Origin: Candidatus Paceibacter sp.
GTDB lineage: Bacteria > Patescibacteriota > Minisyncoccia > UBA9983
Assembly (NCBI GenBank): GCA_013360865.1
Contig: JABWAS010000004.1
Span: 412 to 64,411 of the forward strand
DNA: 64,000 nt
Direction of reading: 5' to 3'
In this document: positions 37,156 through 46,472 of the stretch, piece by piece
How positions within the stretch are numbered: the stretch's first letter is position 1
Layout: every line of letters starts with the position of its first letter
The notes under the pieces: generated by a model
Seen by the model: only the letters and a program-made list of their open reading frames with translations
Databases searched by the model: none
Told to the model about the DNA's origin: nothing
Translations under genes and position numbers: made by a program

Positions 37156-38268
37156 ATGGACATTTCGCTCAAAGATTTGTCGTTTAAGAAACTGCTGGGC
37201 GGCTTGCAGGCGGCTTTGAAGGACAAACAAAGCGTGCTTGGCGTGGACATCGGCGGCTCGTCGGTGAAGGTGGTGCAGTTGAGAAAAGAGAAGGAGAGAG
37301 CGATTCTGGAAACTTACGGCGAAGTGGCGCTCGGCCCTTACGGCGGACTAAAAATCGGACAGAACATCAAACTGCCGGAAGACAAAATCGCCGAGGCGGT
37401 GCGGGACGTGGTCAAAGAGTCCAACGCCAAGGCCACCGCGGCCAAAGTGGCCATTCCGCTGCGCTCCAGCTTCGTCAAAATAATCACCCTGCCGGTCGCC
37501 GACGACAGCAACATTTCCGAAATAATCGCAATGGAGGCCAGGCGCCACATTCCCATTCCGGTTTCCGAAGTGGCGCTGGACTGGTGGGCGATACCCAAAA
37601 CCTCGGACAATAAAAATCAGGCCAAACCGACCAACTCCACCGAGGTGCTGCTGGTGGCCATCCACAACGACGTTATCAACGATTACAAAAACATCATCAA
37701 GAAAGCCGGACTGGAAGCCGCTTCCTATGAGATAGAGGCGTTCAGCGTGGTGCGCTCCGCCATCAGCCGCGGCAGTCCGACCATCGCCGTCGTGGACTTC
37801 GGTTCCGCTTCCACCAAAATGGCCGTGGTGGATTACGGTATCATCAAATCATCGCACTTGATAAACAAAGGCTCGCACGACATCACTTTGGCCATGGCCC
37901 AGTCTTTGGGCGTGGATTTCGCCAAAGCGGAGGAGATGAAAAAGGAGATAGGCCTTTCCGACTTGCCGGAACATCAGGAAATAGTGGACGTGATGAAGCC
38001 GATACTGGATTATATTTTCCATGAGATCGGCGTTTTCCTCAAAGATTTTCAGGCCAGGCACAACCGCTCGGTGAGCAAAATCATCTTTACCGGCGGCGGT
38101 TCTTTGTTGAAAGGATTGAGCGGCCACGGGGTGAAAAGGCTGACAGTGGAAGTGGAGGCGGCGGATCCGTTCGGCAAAACCGAACATCCGGTATTTTTGG
38201 ACAAAATCCTGAAAGAGATCGGGCCGAACTTTTCCGTGGCTACTGGTTTAGCGCTGGGGGAATTATAG
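37156..38268 (+). CDS. pilM: Type IV pilus assembly protein PilM
   Basis: GVDIGGSSVKVV, VDFG, TGGGS, VATGLAL. Confidence 0.92.
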   Translation: MDISLKDLSFKKLLGGLQAALKDKQSVLGVDIGGSSVKVVQLRKEKERAILETYGEVALGPYGGLKIGQNIKLPEDKIAEAVRDVVKESNAKATAAKVAIPLRSSFVKIITLPVADDSNISEIIAMEARRHIPIPVSEVALDWWAIPKTSDNKNQAKPTNSTEVLLVAIHNDVINDYKNIIKKAGLEAASYEIEAFSVVRSAISRGSPTIAVVDFGSASTKMAVVDYGIIKSSHLINKGSHDITLAMAQSLGVDFAKAEEMKKEIGLSDLPEHQEIVDVMKPILDYIFHEIGVFLKDFQARHNRSVSKIIFTGGGSLLKGLSGHGVKRLTVEVEAADPFGKTEHPVFLDKILKEIGPNFSVATGLALGEL

Positions 38269-38278
38269 CTTCGCCGAG

Positions 38279-38322
38279 AACTTGGAAGCGAAACTTCCAA
38301 TTGGAAGTTTCGCTTCCAAGTT
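38279..38322. repeat. Perfect 44-bp palindrome (REP-like doublet)
   Basis: AACTTGGAAGCGAAACTTCCAA-TTGGAAGTTTCGCTTCCAAGTT; relative at 56405-56449. Confidence 0.9.
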
Positions 38323-38419
38323 TCTTCCAAGTTTAAATTTCCAATTAAAAAATCATTTCACAGGGTAAATGTGGATAGCCCCTTTTTGCTTTAAAAATTT
38401 GACAGGTTAAAATATTGAT

Positions 38420-38986
38420 ATGGAAGACAAAATGTCTTTTATTCCGAAGAAGACCATCGGCCAGCCGGAACGCAGGCGCGCCGGCAGTCTTGGCTCCTTC
38501 ATTTTGCTCTCCGTATTTTTATCTTTAATCTCCGGCGCGTCCTGGGGCGCTTTGCTTATGTACAAGCAGGCGCTCGGCGACAATATTGAACAACTTGGCT
38601 CGTCGTTGAAGCGGCAGAGGGAATCTTTTGAAACGGAGACTTTAAGCGAGGTGGTGACTTTCTCCAAAAAAATAGAACTGGTCCGGAATCTGGCTGGCAA
38701 GCACGTGGCCGTTTCCGGCGTTTTTGATTTTCTGCAGGATTTTACCGTAAGGGAAATAACCTACGGCGATATGAGCCTGACCTTGTCGCCCGACGGCGGC
38801 CCGGCCTTGTCTTTGACCGGCGCGGCCAGCGGTTATCCGGCTTTGGCGGTCCAATCAGGCGTGTTTGAGAAGAACAGTTTCGTTAAAAGCTCCTCCTTTT
38901 CCAACCTGGCGGCCGATCCTCGCGGCGGGATAAAATTCAACCTTAAGCTCAACCTCAAACCGGAGGTTATAAAATACAACCCTTAA
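38420..38986 (+). CDS. pilN: PilN-like protein
   Basis: SFIPKK N-terminus, single TM, position after pilM. Confidence 0.72.
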   Translation: MEDKMSFIPKKTIGQPERRRAGSLGSFILLSVFLSLISGASWGALLMYKQALGDNIEQLGSSLKRQRESFETETLSEVVTFSKKIELVRNLAGKHVAVSGVFDFLQDFTVREITYGDMSLTLSPDGGPALSLTGAASGYPALAVQSGVFEKNSFVKSSSFSNLAADPRGGIKFNLKLNLKPEVIKYNP

Positions 38987-38990
38987 TCAA

Positions 38991-39563
38991 ATGTTTAAGA
39001 TTATTGTTTCAATATTTTTCGTGGCCGCGGCGGTGATAATCTTTTTTACCAAAACGAAAACCGAGTTCGCCGAGGTGAAGCTGTTGCGCGCCAAAGAAGC
39101 TTCCTACAGCGGCGCCATGGAATCGTCCAAGAAAATAAAGCAGTCGGTGGATAAAATTTTGGGCGATTACAATCAGATTTCCGAAAACGAGCGAGAGAGA
39201 GTGGACAAGGCTATCCCATCCAAACCGGAGACGATGAAGCTGGCGGTTGATCTGGACGGCCTGGCGGCCAGAAGCGGCCTGACTTTGAAAAGCGTGGAGG
39301 TAAAGGACATGTCTGTTTCGGATTCCGGCGAAAATCAGGCCGCTGACCAGACGGGCTCCGTGCCGCGGGGCGCCGAGACTGTGTCTTTTACCGCCAAGCT
39401 TAGCGGTTCCTATGAGGCTTTTTATAGTTTCCTTAGAGATTTGGAAAAAAGTTTGCGCCTTACCGATTTAAAAAACGTCAAAGTCACCAGTTCTTCCGCG
39501 GGGGCTTTGGAGTTTTTGATTGAGGCGGACACATATCGGCAGGCGCCGGAGAGGGCAATTTAA
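38991..39563 (+). CDS. pilO: PilO-like protein
   Basis: TM, GSYEAFYSFLRDLEKSLRL. Confidence 0.8.
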   Translation: MFKIIVSIFFVAAAVIIFFTKTKTEFAEVKLLRAKEASYSGAMESSKKIKQSVDKILGDYNQISENERERVDKAIPSKPETMKLAVDLDGLAARSGLTLKSVEVKDMSVSDSGENQAADQTGSVPRGAETVSFTAKLSGSYEAFYSFLRDLEKSLRLTDLKNVKVTSSSAGALEFLIEADTYRQAPERAI

Positions 39564-39571
39564 GCAAAAAC

Positions 39572-39889
39572 ATGAACAAAAGTTTTAAAATAATCGCTTT
39601 AATAATAATAATCTTTGGGGCTGGTGTAGCCTATTACTCCATGAAGAAGCCGCAGGGCCCGCCTTCAACGCTTACCGGCGTCGCCGGAGGCGGCGGCTTT
39701 GGCGGTCAATTTGGCGCGTCCGCGGCGCAGGACCCGCAAATCGCCGAGATTGTCGGGGTTTTAAACACGGTCAATGGAATCTCTCTGGACGCCGATTTTT
39801 TAAACGACCCGGTTTTCTCCGGCCTGATTGATTTTTCTACCTCTCTGCCGCCGGAAAACCTCGGCAAGAGCAATCCTTTCGCCCAATAG
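39572..39889 (+). CDS. Pilus-operon membrane-anchored hypothetical protein
   Basis: N-terminal TM, C-terminal GKSNPF; between pilO and pilB. Confidence 0.7.
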   Translation: MNKSFKIIALIIIIFGAGVAYYSMKKPQGPPSTLTGVAGGGGFGGQFGASAAQDPQIAEIVGVLNTVNGISLDADFLNDPVFSGLIDFSTSLPPENLGKSNPFAQ

Positions 39890-39933
39890 TCGGCGGGAGG
39901 ACTTTTCGGCATTGATTCTTATATATTTTAAAA

Positions 39934-41646
39934 ATGCGTTTTACTGATTTTTTAGTCAAAAAAGGAACGATCGGCTCCGAAAAACTGGCAGGTCTTTTAA
40001 CCAAATCTTCGGAAGAGGGAATTTCCATTGAGAAACTGCTGGAGGCCGAGGGTGTGCCGGAGGAAGAAATTTTGGCCGCCAAGGCGGAGCTTTCCGGTCT
40101 GCCCGTCCGCCGCATCCAGAAAGGCGACGTGCCTTACGAAATGCTTCGCAAGATTCCGGAGGAAGCCGCCCGTCATTATCGGTTTGTGCCGCTGGGGATG
40201 AAGGATGATTCTTTGGATGTGGGCATAGTGGACCCGTCCGACATTGAGGCTAGGGAGGCTTTGCAGTTCATCATTTCCAAAATGGACGTACCGCTTAAAC
40301 TTTTTCTCATTACGGAAGAGGATTTTGAGCTGGTGGTGGACGGCTACAAAGGTCTGGGCGGGGAAGTATCCAAGGCTTTGGGCGATCTGGAGATGGAGCT
40401 GGCCAGCGCCGGTTCGTCTTCGGAAGACGTTTCCAAGGCGATGATGAGCGCCGAGTCCAAGATAGTGGAAGAGGCGCCTATTACCAAAATAGTCGCCGTT
40501 ATTTTAAGGCACGCGATAGAAGGCAACGCTTCCGACATCCACATAGAGGCGACTAAAGACAAGCTCAAGGTGCGCTTCCGTGTGGATGGCAGCCTTTATA
40601 CCAGCATTGTCCTCCCGTTGAGCGTCCATGAGGCCGTCGTTTCCAGGATAAAAATATTATGCGATATGAAGATAGACGAGAAGAGGAAACCGCAGGACGG
40701 GCGTTTTGACGCCCGCATAGAGGGTAGGGAAATTGACTTCCGCGTTTCCACCTTCCCGTCTTTTTTCGGGGAAAAAGTGGTTATCCGTATTTTAGACAAA
40801 GAAAAAGGAGTTAAAACTCTTAAGGAGCTCGGCTTTTCCGATCCGCAGATGAAGATTGTCAAAGATATGATAGACAAACCGTACGGACTGATATTGCTTA
40901 CCGGTCCGACAGGTTCCGGAAAAACCACAACTTTGTACGCCATGTTGGAGGATCTGGACAGAGAGACGAACAACGTGGTCAGCCTTGAAGATCCGGTAGA
41001 GTACAACATTGAGAGCATGAGCCAGTCGCAGGTGCGGCCGGAAATAGGGTACGACTTCGCCAGCGGCTTGCGTTCCATTTTGCGCCAGGACCCGGACATC
41101 ATCATGGTCGGCGAGATAAGAGACAAGGAGACGGCTGGTTTGGCCATCCATGCCGCGCTTACCGGCCACCTGGTTTTCTCCACTTTGCACACCAACTCCG
41201 CCGCCGGCGTGGTGCCGAGACTGATTGATATGGGCGTGGACCCCTTTCTTATCGCGCCGACGCTTTTGATGGCCATCGGCCAGCGGCTGGTCCGAAGTTT
41301 GTGCTCCGATTCCCGCAACGAGGTGGCTTTGGACAGAGCGATGAAGGAGATGATAAACCACGAGATAAAAAACATGCCGGAAGAAGCAAGAGGCAAGTTC
41401 AAACTGCCGGAAAAAATCTACGAAGGGGCGATAAGCCCGACCTGCCCGAGAGGAACCAAAGGCAGAATCGGAGTTTTTGAGGTGCTTTATAAAACTCCGG
41501 AGCTGGAAAGCATAATTTTAAATAATCCGGTGGAGCCGGAAATAATGAAAGAAGCTCGCCGGCAGGGAATGCTCACCATGAAAGAAGACGGCCTTATGAA
41601 AATGTTAAACGGCGCGATAAGCTTTGAGGAGTTTATAAAATTATAA
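39934..41646 (+). CDS. pilB: Type IV pilus assembly ATPase PilB/GspE
   Basis: ASDIHIE, PQDGR, GPTGSGKTT, LRQDPD, STLHTN. Confidence 0.96.
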   Translation: MRFTDFLVKKGTIGSEKLAGLLTKSSEEGISIEKLLEAEGVPEEEILAAKAELSGLPVRRIQKGDVPYEMLRKIPEEAARHYRFVPLGMKDDSLDVGIVDPSDIEAREALQFIISKMDVPLKLFLITEEDFELVVDGYKGLGGEVSKALGDLEMELASAGSSSEDVSKAMMSAESKIVEEAPITKIVAVILRHAIEGNASDIHIEATKDKLKVRFRVDGSLYTSIVLPLSVHEAVVSRIKILCDMKIDEKRKPQDGRFDARIEGREIDFRVSTFPSFFGEKVVIRILDKEKGVKTLKELGFSDPQMKIVKDMIDKPYGLILLTGPTGSGKTTTLYAMLEDLDRETNNVVSLEDPVEYNIESMSQSQVRPEIGYDFASGLRSILRQDPDIIMVGEIRDKETAGLAIHAALTGHLVFSTLHTNSAAGVVPRLIDMGVDPFLIAPTLLMAIGQRLVRSLCSDSRNEVALDRAMKEMINHEIKNMPEEARGKFKLPEKIYEGAISPTCPRGTKGRIGVFEVLYKTPELESIILNNPVEPEIMKEARRQGMLTMKEDGLMKMLNGAISFEEFIKL

Positions 41647-41707
41647 AGTTATAAACAGCGGCCGTTTCCCACATTCTGCCATCGGTGATATTATTAACAA
41701 CAGAGTT

Positions 41708-42118
41708 TTGAACATTATGGAAAAACGCAAAATTTTGATAATAGACGACGACGAATTCCTGCTGGAAATGTATGCCGCCAAATTTAAAGAAGAAGATTTT
41801 GAAGTGGAGATAGCCCGCAGCGCCAAGGACGCTTTGGCGAAAATCAAAAACGGCCTGGATCCGGGGCTGATTTTGCTGGACGTGGTTATGCCCGGCATGG
41901 ACGGGTTTGAATTTATGGAAAATTTGCGCAAGGAAAAACTGGCCGCCAAAAGCAAAATAATAGTTCTGTCCAATCTGGGGCAGAAAAACCAAACCGACAA
42001 AGCGATGGAGCTGGGCGCGGTTGACTTCGTGGTCAAGGCCTACTTCACCCCGTCGGAAGTGGTCAAAAAAGTTAATTCGCTCACGGGCGCCGCGATTAAG
42101 CAAAATAAAAATCAATGA
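41708..42118 (+). CDS. Single-domain response regulator
   Basis: ILIIDDD, LLDVVMP.MDG, LSN, FVVK. Confidence 0.92.
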   Translation: MNIMEKRKILIIDDDEFLLEMYAAKFKEEDFEVEIARSAKDALAKIKNGLDPGLILLDVVMPGMDGFEFMENLRKEKLAAKSKIIVLSNLGQKNQTDKAMELGAVDFVVKAYFTPSEVVKKVNSLTGAAIKQNKNQ

Positions 42119-43182
42119 AAGATTACAAAAAAGAATTAAAAGAGCTCATACTCGTCTGTATCAAAGAAGGCGCTTCCGATCTGCACTTAAGCGCCGGCCG
42201 GCACCCCACCATCCGCGTGGCCGGTTCGCTTCTGCCGCTGGTCAATATGCCGATTCTGACTCCGGAGGACACGCAGGGGCTGGTTTTCGCCATGCTGGGC
42301 GATGAGGACAAAAAAATACTGCTGGAGAAAAAGGAATGGGACTTTTCCTACGCTTATGAAGACAAGGTCCGTTTCCGGGTCAACGCCTTTTACCAGAGGG
42401 GGTTTATAGGAGCGGCTTTGAGGCTCATTTCGAATAGAATAATGAACCTGCAGGAGCTCAATTTGCCGGAAGTGCTTTACGATTTCGCCAAAAAAGAACA
42501 GGGTTTTTTCCTTGTGGTGGGGCCTATCGGCCACGGCAAATCAACCACCCTGGCGGCTATGGTAGACAGCATCAACCACACCGGCGCCGAGCACATTCTC
42601 ACCGTGGAAGACCCGATGGAATATCTTTACGTCCAAGATAAGTCCATCATAGACCAGCGGGAAGTGAGAAACGACACTCCCGACTTCCATACCGCGTTGC
42701 GTTCAATGTTCCGCCAGGACATCAATGTGGCCCTGATAGGAGAGATGCGCGACACGGAAACCATCTCCACGGCCGTCACTGCCGCCGAAACCGGACATTT
42801 GATTTTGTCTTCGCTTCACACCAACAACGCCGCCCAGACGGTGGACAGAATCATAGACTCTTTCCCCGCCAACCAGCAGAACCAGATAAGAGTCCAGCTG
42901 GCCAGCGTGCTCCTTGGCATATTTTCCCAGCGGCTTCTGCCAAGAATTTCCGGCGGCAGAATCCCCGCTTACGAGCTTCTGGTGGGCACTTCGGCCGTCA
43001 GAACTTTAATCCGGGAAGGCCGGACCCACGAAATAGATATGGTGATAGAAACCGGCTACGAGCAGGGAATGGTCAGCTTGAATCGCTCGCTGGCCGAGTT
43101 GGTGCGCCGGGGCGAGATAGCCATGAAGGACGCGCTGTCTCACTCGCTTAACCCAAGAGGCCTGGAGTCGTTCGTTGATTAA
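42115..43182 (+). CDS. pilT: Type IV pilus retraction ATPase PilT
   Basis: ASDLHL, GPIGHGKST, EDPME, GEMRD, AAETGHL. Confidence 0.95.
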   Translation: MKDYKKELKELILVCIKEGASDLHLSAGRHPTIRVAGSLLPLVNMPILTPEDTQGLVFAMLGDEDKKILLEKKEWDFSYAYEDKVRFRVNAFYQRGFIGAALRLISNRIMNLQELNLPEVLYDFAKKEQGFFLVVGPIGHGKSTTLAAMVDSINHTGAEHILTVEDPMEYLYVQDKSIIDQREVRNDTPDFHTALRSMFRQDINVALIGEMRDTETISTAVTAAETGHLILSSLHTNNAAQTVDRIIDSFPANQQNQIRVQLASVLLGIFSQRLLPRISGGRIPAYELLVGTSAVRTLIREGRTHEIDMVIETGYEQGMVSLNRSLAELVRRGEIAMKDALSHSLNPRGLESFVD

Positions 43183-43196
43183 ATTGATTAAATAAA

Positions 43197-44414
43197 ATGC
43201 TTTACCAATACACAGCCGTAAACATGGAAGGCCAATCCAGCTCTGGAAGCATAGAAGCTTCCAGTATGGAAGTGGCCATAAACTCCCTGCAAAACAGGGG
43301 ACTCATCATCACCTTTATCAAGCCGACCAAAGAGAAAGGAGGATTATTTGGCGGACTTTCGGCCAGTTTCGGGTTCTTCAATCGCGTCAAACCTAGAGAC
43401 ATCGTTATTTTATCCCGCCAGTTGTCCACCCTTTTTGAGGCCAAAATATCAGTGCTGGATTCGCTCAGGTTGATGTCCGGACAGACTAAGAACCTGCGGC
43501 TTAAAAGCGTCCTGACGGAAATCGTGGAGGACATCAAAGGCGGCTCGCCGCTTTCCGCCTCCATGGGCAAGCACCCCGACGTGTTTTCCCCGTTTTACGC
43601 TAACATGGTCAAGTCCGGCGAGGAGTCCGGCAAGCTGGAAGAAATATTCCGCGCCCTGGCCGATCATTTGGAACGCTCCTACGAGCTCGCCAGTAAAACG
43701 AAAAACGCCCTCATTTATCCCGCGTTCGTCGTCATTACTTTTTTCATAGTTATGATTCTGATGCTCACTTTCGTCATACCCAAACTGACGGCGGTGCTGA
43801 TAGACAGCGGCCAGCAGATACCCATTTACACCAGAATACTCATCGGAGTCAGCGATTTCTTCAAGCAGTTTGGCGTGTTCATAATGATAGGGCTTATGGG
43901 CGGGGCGGCGTTTATGTGGCGCTATTCCAAAACTCCAAAGGGTAAAATGGCCATTTCCAGCCTTCAGACGACAATACCTTTCGTCGGCGGGCTTTACACC
44001 AAGTTTTACGTTTCCAGAATGACGGACAATATGGAAACGCTTCTTTCCGCCGGCGTGCCGGCCATCCGATCGCTCGAGATATCGGCCGACGTAGTGGGCA
44101 ACGAGGTATACAAGAAAATTCTTACCGACGCTTCGCTGGAAGTAAAAGGAGGCAAGTCCATCTCGGACTCATTTTCCCGCTACGAAGAAATACCGATGAT
44201 GGTGACGCAGATGGTCAAAATCGGGGAAGAAACGGGCAAACTGGACTTTATGCTCAAAACCTTGAGTAAATTCTACAAAAAGGAAGTGGACACCACCGTG
44301 GATACGCTGGTCAGCCTGATAGAGCCGGTGATGATAGTGTTTCTAGGCGGCGCCGTCGGCATCCTGCTTATTTCCATTCTCGGGCCGATTTATAATATGA
44401 CAGCGGCGTTTTGA
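43197..44414 (+). CDS. pilC: Type IV pilus platform protein PilC/GspF
   Basis: RQLSTL, GEESGKL, ALIYP, GEETG, LIEP. Confidence 0.95.
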   Translation: MLYQYTAVNMEGQSSSGSIEASSMEVAINSLQNRGLIITFIKPTKEKGGLFGGLSASFGFFNRVKPRDIVILSRQLSTLFEAKISVLDSLRLMSGQTKNLRLKSVLTEIVEDIKGGSPLSASMGKHPDVFSPFYANMVKSGEESGKLEEIFRALADHLERSYELASKTKNALIYPAFVVITFFIVMILMLTFVIPKLTAVLIDSGQQIPIYTRILIGVSDFFKQFGVFIMIGLMGGAAFMWRYSKTPKGKMAISSLQTTIPFVGGLYTKFYVSRMTDNMETLLSAGVPAIRSLEISADVVGNEVYKKILTDASLEVKGGKSISDSFSRYEEIPMMVTQMVKIGEETGKLDFMLKTLSKFYKKEVDTTVDTLVSLIEPVMIVFLGGAVGILLISILGPIYNMTAAF

Positions 44415-44471
44415 CCCTGTGAAATCCCGCAAAGCGGGAATTCCGCAAAAGGCGGAATTATTTCACAGGGT
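44414..44471. repeat. 58-bp element with perfect 12-bp terminal IRs (ACCCTGTGAAAT / ATTTCACAGGGT) and two internal hairpins
   Basis: Read directly; starts on the last base of the pilC stop codon. Confidence 0.85.
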
Positions 44472-44606
44472 AAACTTATCCACACCCGCTTAATTGCTTG
44501 TTTTTGGCAATTTATTGTAAAATAACAGCAAATTAATATATTTTGGTCGATTTGATTTTTAATCAAACAAATATTAGTTTATCAATTTTAATTTATAAAA
44601 AACATT

Positions 44607-45131
44607 ATGATTAACAAAAAGAAAGGTTTTACCCTCATTGAATTGCTGGTCGTCATCGCCATCATCGGCATTCTTTCCTCCGTTGTTTTGGCTTCGTTAA
44701 ACAGCGCGAGAACGAAATCAAGGGACGCCAAGAGAATTTCTGACCTGAAACAAGTTCAGTTAGCATTGGAATATTATTTTGATGCTAACAGAACATATCC
44801 AACGACAGCCGCCCTTAGCAATACTGCTGGTACTTTTGGCACAGCTTTAAGCGCTGCACTGGTTACAACCGGCTATCTCCCAACAATTCCAGACGATCCA
44901 ATTTCAGCCACTTACGAATATTATTATCAGCCTGCTACGTTTAGCGGCGGAACATACACTGCTTGCAGCTCAGGTTGTACGTCTTATGTTCTTGGAGCGA
45001 GGCTTGAAGATGTAAATAATCCGGTGCTTACTTCTGATACTGATGTTACGGTTGGTACGGTTTTCTATGGCAACGCAGCGTCTTGTATTGCGAGCGGTGG
45101 AACAGAACAATGTTTCTCTGTCACTAATTAG
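44607..45131 (+). CDS. Type IV pilin (candidate major pilin)
   Basis: KKG|FTLIELLVVIAIIGIL; followed by strong terminator. Confidence 0.93.
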   Translation: MINKKKGFTLIELLVVIAIIGILSSVVLASLNSARTKSRDAKRISDLKQVQLALEYYFDANRTYPTTAALSNTAGTFGTALSAALVTTGYLPTIPDDPISATYEYYYQPATFSGGTYTACSSGCTSYVLGARLEDVNNPVLTSDTDVTVGTVFYGNAASCIASGGTEQCFSVTN

Positions 45132-45180
45132 TTTGGTTTTATTTATTTTTAAATTTATTTTTAAAAACAATAATCAACAC

Positions 45181-45210
45181 AAAACCCTCCGGCAAATGCC
45201 GGAGGGTTTT
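45181..45210 (+). terminator. Intrinsic terminator
   Basis: AAAACCCTCCGGCA-AA-TGCCGGAGGGTTTT. Confidence 0.85.
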
Positions 45211-45221
45211 GTGTTACCCCC

Positions 45222-45790
45222 ATAAACCCCCAGCTTTAGCTGGGGTGTGCGTTTAAAGACGAAGTCCTTGTAATAAAATCACCTTAAGTCGATATTAACA
45301 ACCTAAGGTGATTTTTGCGTATGAACAAGCGATTGTATCAGCTGACCCACTCAACATGGATCTGCGATTATCACGTTGTCTGGTGTTCCAAATACCGTGG
45401 AAAAGTGTTGGAACCACCTTTTATTAAACAAGAGCTGAAAAGAATGTTCAAGTACATAGCCAAATGGAAAGGACTTGTAATCCAGCAGTGGCACATCGGA
45501 GACGAACACATCCATCTGTTTGTATCCATTCCGCCCAAATATTCCGTCGCCTACATAACCCAGGTAATGAAAGGAAAAACCTCAATGTGGCTGAAGAAAA
45601 AGACCAAGAAATTCCCGAAAGGAACGCTGTGGGCAAGAGGCTATTATGTTTCCACCATCGGCATTAACGAACACCAGATAAGAAACTACATCAAAAACCA
45701 GCAACACCACCAAGTGGAAATGCCCACGCTGTTTTAATCCGCCGAAGGCGGAAAGAAAGAAACCCCTAGTTTTAACTAGGGGTTTTCATT
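45222..45790 (+). mobile_element. IS200/IS605-family element (tnpA only)
   Basis: Subterminal hairpins 45228-45245 and 45760-45785; hairpin 45275-45315 just before the start codon; ends approximate. Confidence 0.8.
45315..45737 (+). CDS. tnpA: IS200-type Y1 (HUH) transposase
   Basis: YHVVWCSKYR, EHIHLF, LWARGYYVSTIG, YIKNQ. Confidence 0.95.
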   Translation: MRMNKRLYQLTHSTWICDYHVVWCSKYRGKVLEPPFIKQELKRMFKYIAKWKGLVIQQWHIGDEHIHLFVSIPPKYSVAYITQVMKGKTSMWLKKKTKKFPKGTLWARGYYVSTIGINEHQIRNYIKNQQHHQVEMPTLF

Positions 45791-45811
45791 GTGACAAACT
45801 CTTAATCTTGA

Positions 45812-46321
45812 TTACGGTTTCAAGTCATAACAAGCATCGGTGGTCGCCGTTGAACTTCCACAGTAGTCAACCCCGCCGCCATCAAAATCTGATCCTGTTC
45901 CTCCAGTACAAACCGTTCCGCCACCTTCATTGTCAATATCAGAATCAAAGATGGCGTTGCCGGTGTCTTCCAAAGTGGCGCCAATATGATAGCTGTCGCA
46001 CGGTGCGCCGCTTACATCACTGGAAATACCAGTGTACTGGTAAATGTAATTGCCGGAATTAAGCGGGTCCGCCGGGGTTGCCGGCATATAATTGCCGGTT
46101 ACCAAAGCCGCGAGGTCGGCCGGATACTCCTGGTTGTTGTCGTTATAGTACATATCAAGAGCTGTCCTTATTTGCTTTAAGTCGGCTATTCTTTTGACAT
46201 CTCTGGCTTTTACTCTGGCCGAGTTGAGGCTGGCCAAAACCACGCTGGAGAGTATGCCGATAATGGCAATGACAACCAAGAGCTCTATTAAAGTAAAACC
46301 CTTTTTAAACTGTTTTTTCAT
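45812..46321 (-). CDS. Type IV pilin (second paralogue)
   Basis: KKG|FTLIELLVVIAIIGILSSVVLASLNSAR. Confidence 0.93.
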   Translation of the reverse strand: MKKQFKKGFTLIELLVVIAIIGILSSVVLASLNSARVKARDVKRIADLKQIRTALDMYYNDNNQEYPADLAALVTGNYMPATPADPLNSGNYIYQYTGISSDVSGAPCDSYHIGATLEDTGNAIFDSDIDNEGGGTVCTGGTGSDFDGGGVDYCGSSTATTDACYDLKP

Positions 46322-46426
46322 AAAATTATTTTTAATAATTGCGACCTTTAGTAAAATTTTTCAAAAAATTTTATGCTTTCAGTATAACAATGGCGTAAAA
46401 ATCATCAATTTCCTTATCCACATCAT

Positions 46427-46464
46427 CCCCTCATCGACGCCCCTCATCGACGTCGGACGGATGA
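46427..46464. repeat. Degenerate REP copy downstream of the RAYT
   Basis: CCCCTCATCGACG-CCCCTCATCGACGTCGGACGGATGA. Confidence 0.75.
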
Positions 46465-46472
46465 TAGCTTAG

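Noticed and set aside
44607-46321. Invertible pilin switch through inverted identical 5' ends
   Set aside because: Identity is only at protein level; the codons differ throughout, so there is no long DNA repeat, and no invertase is present
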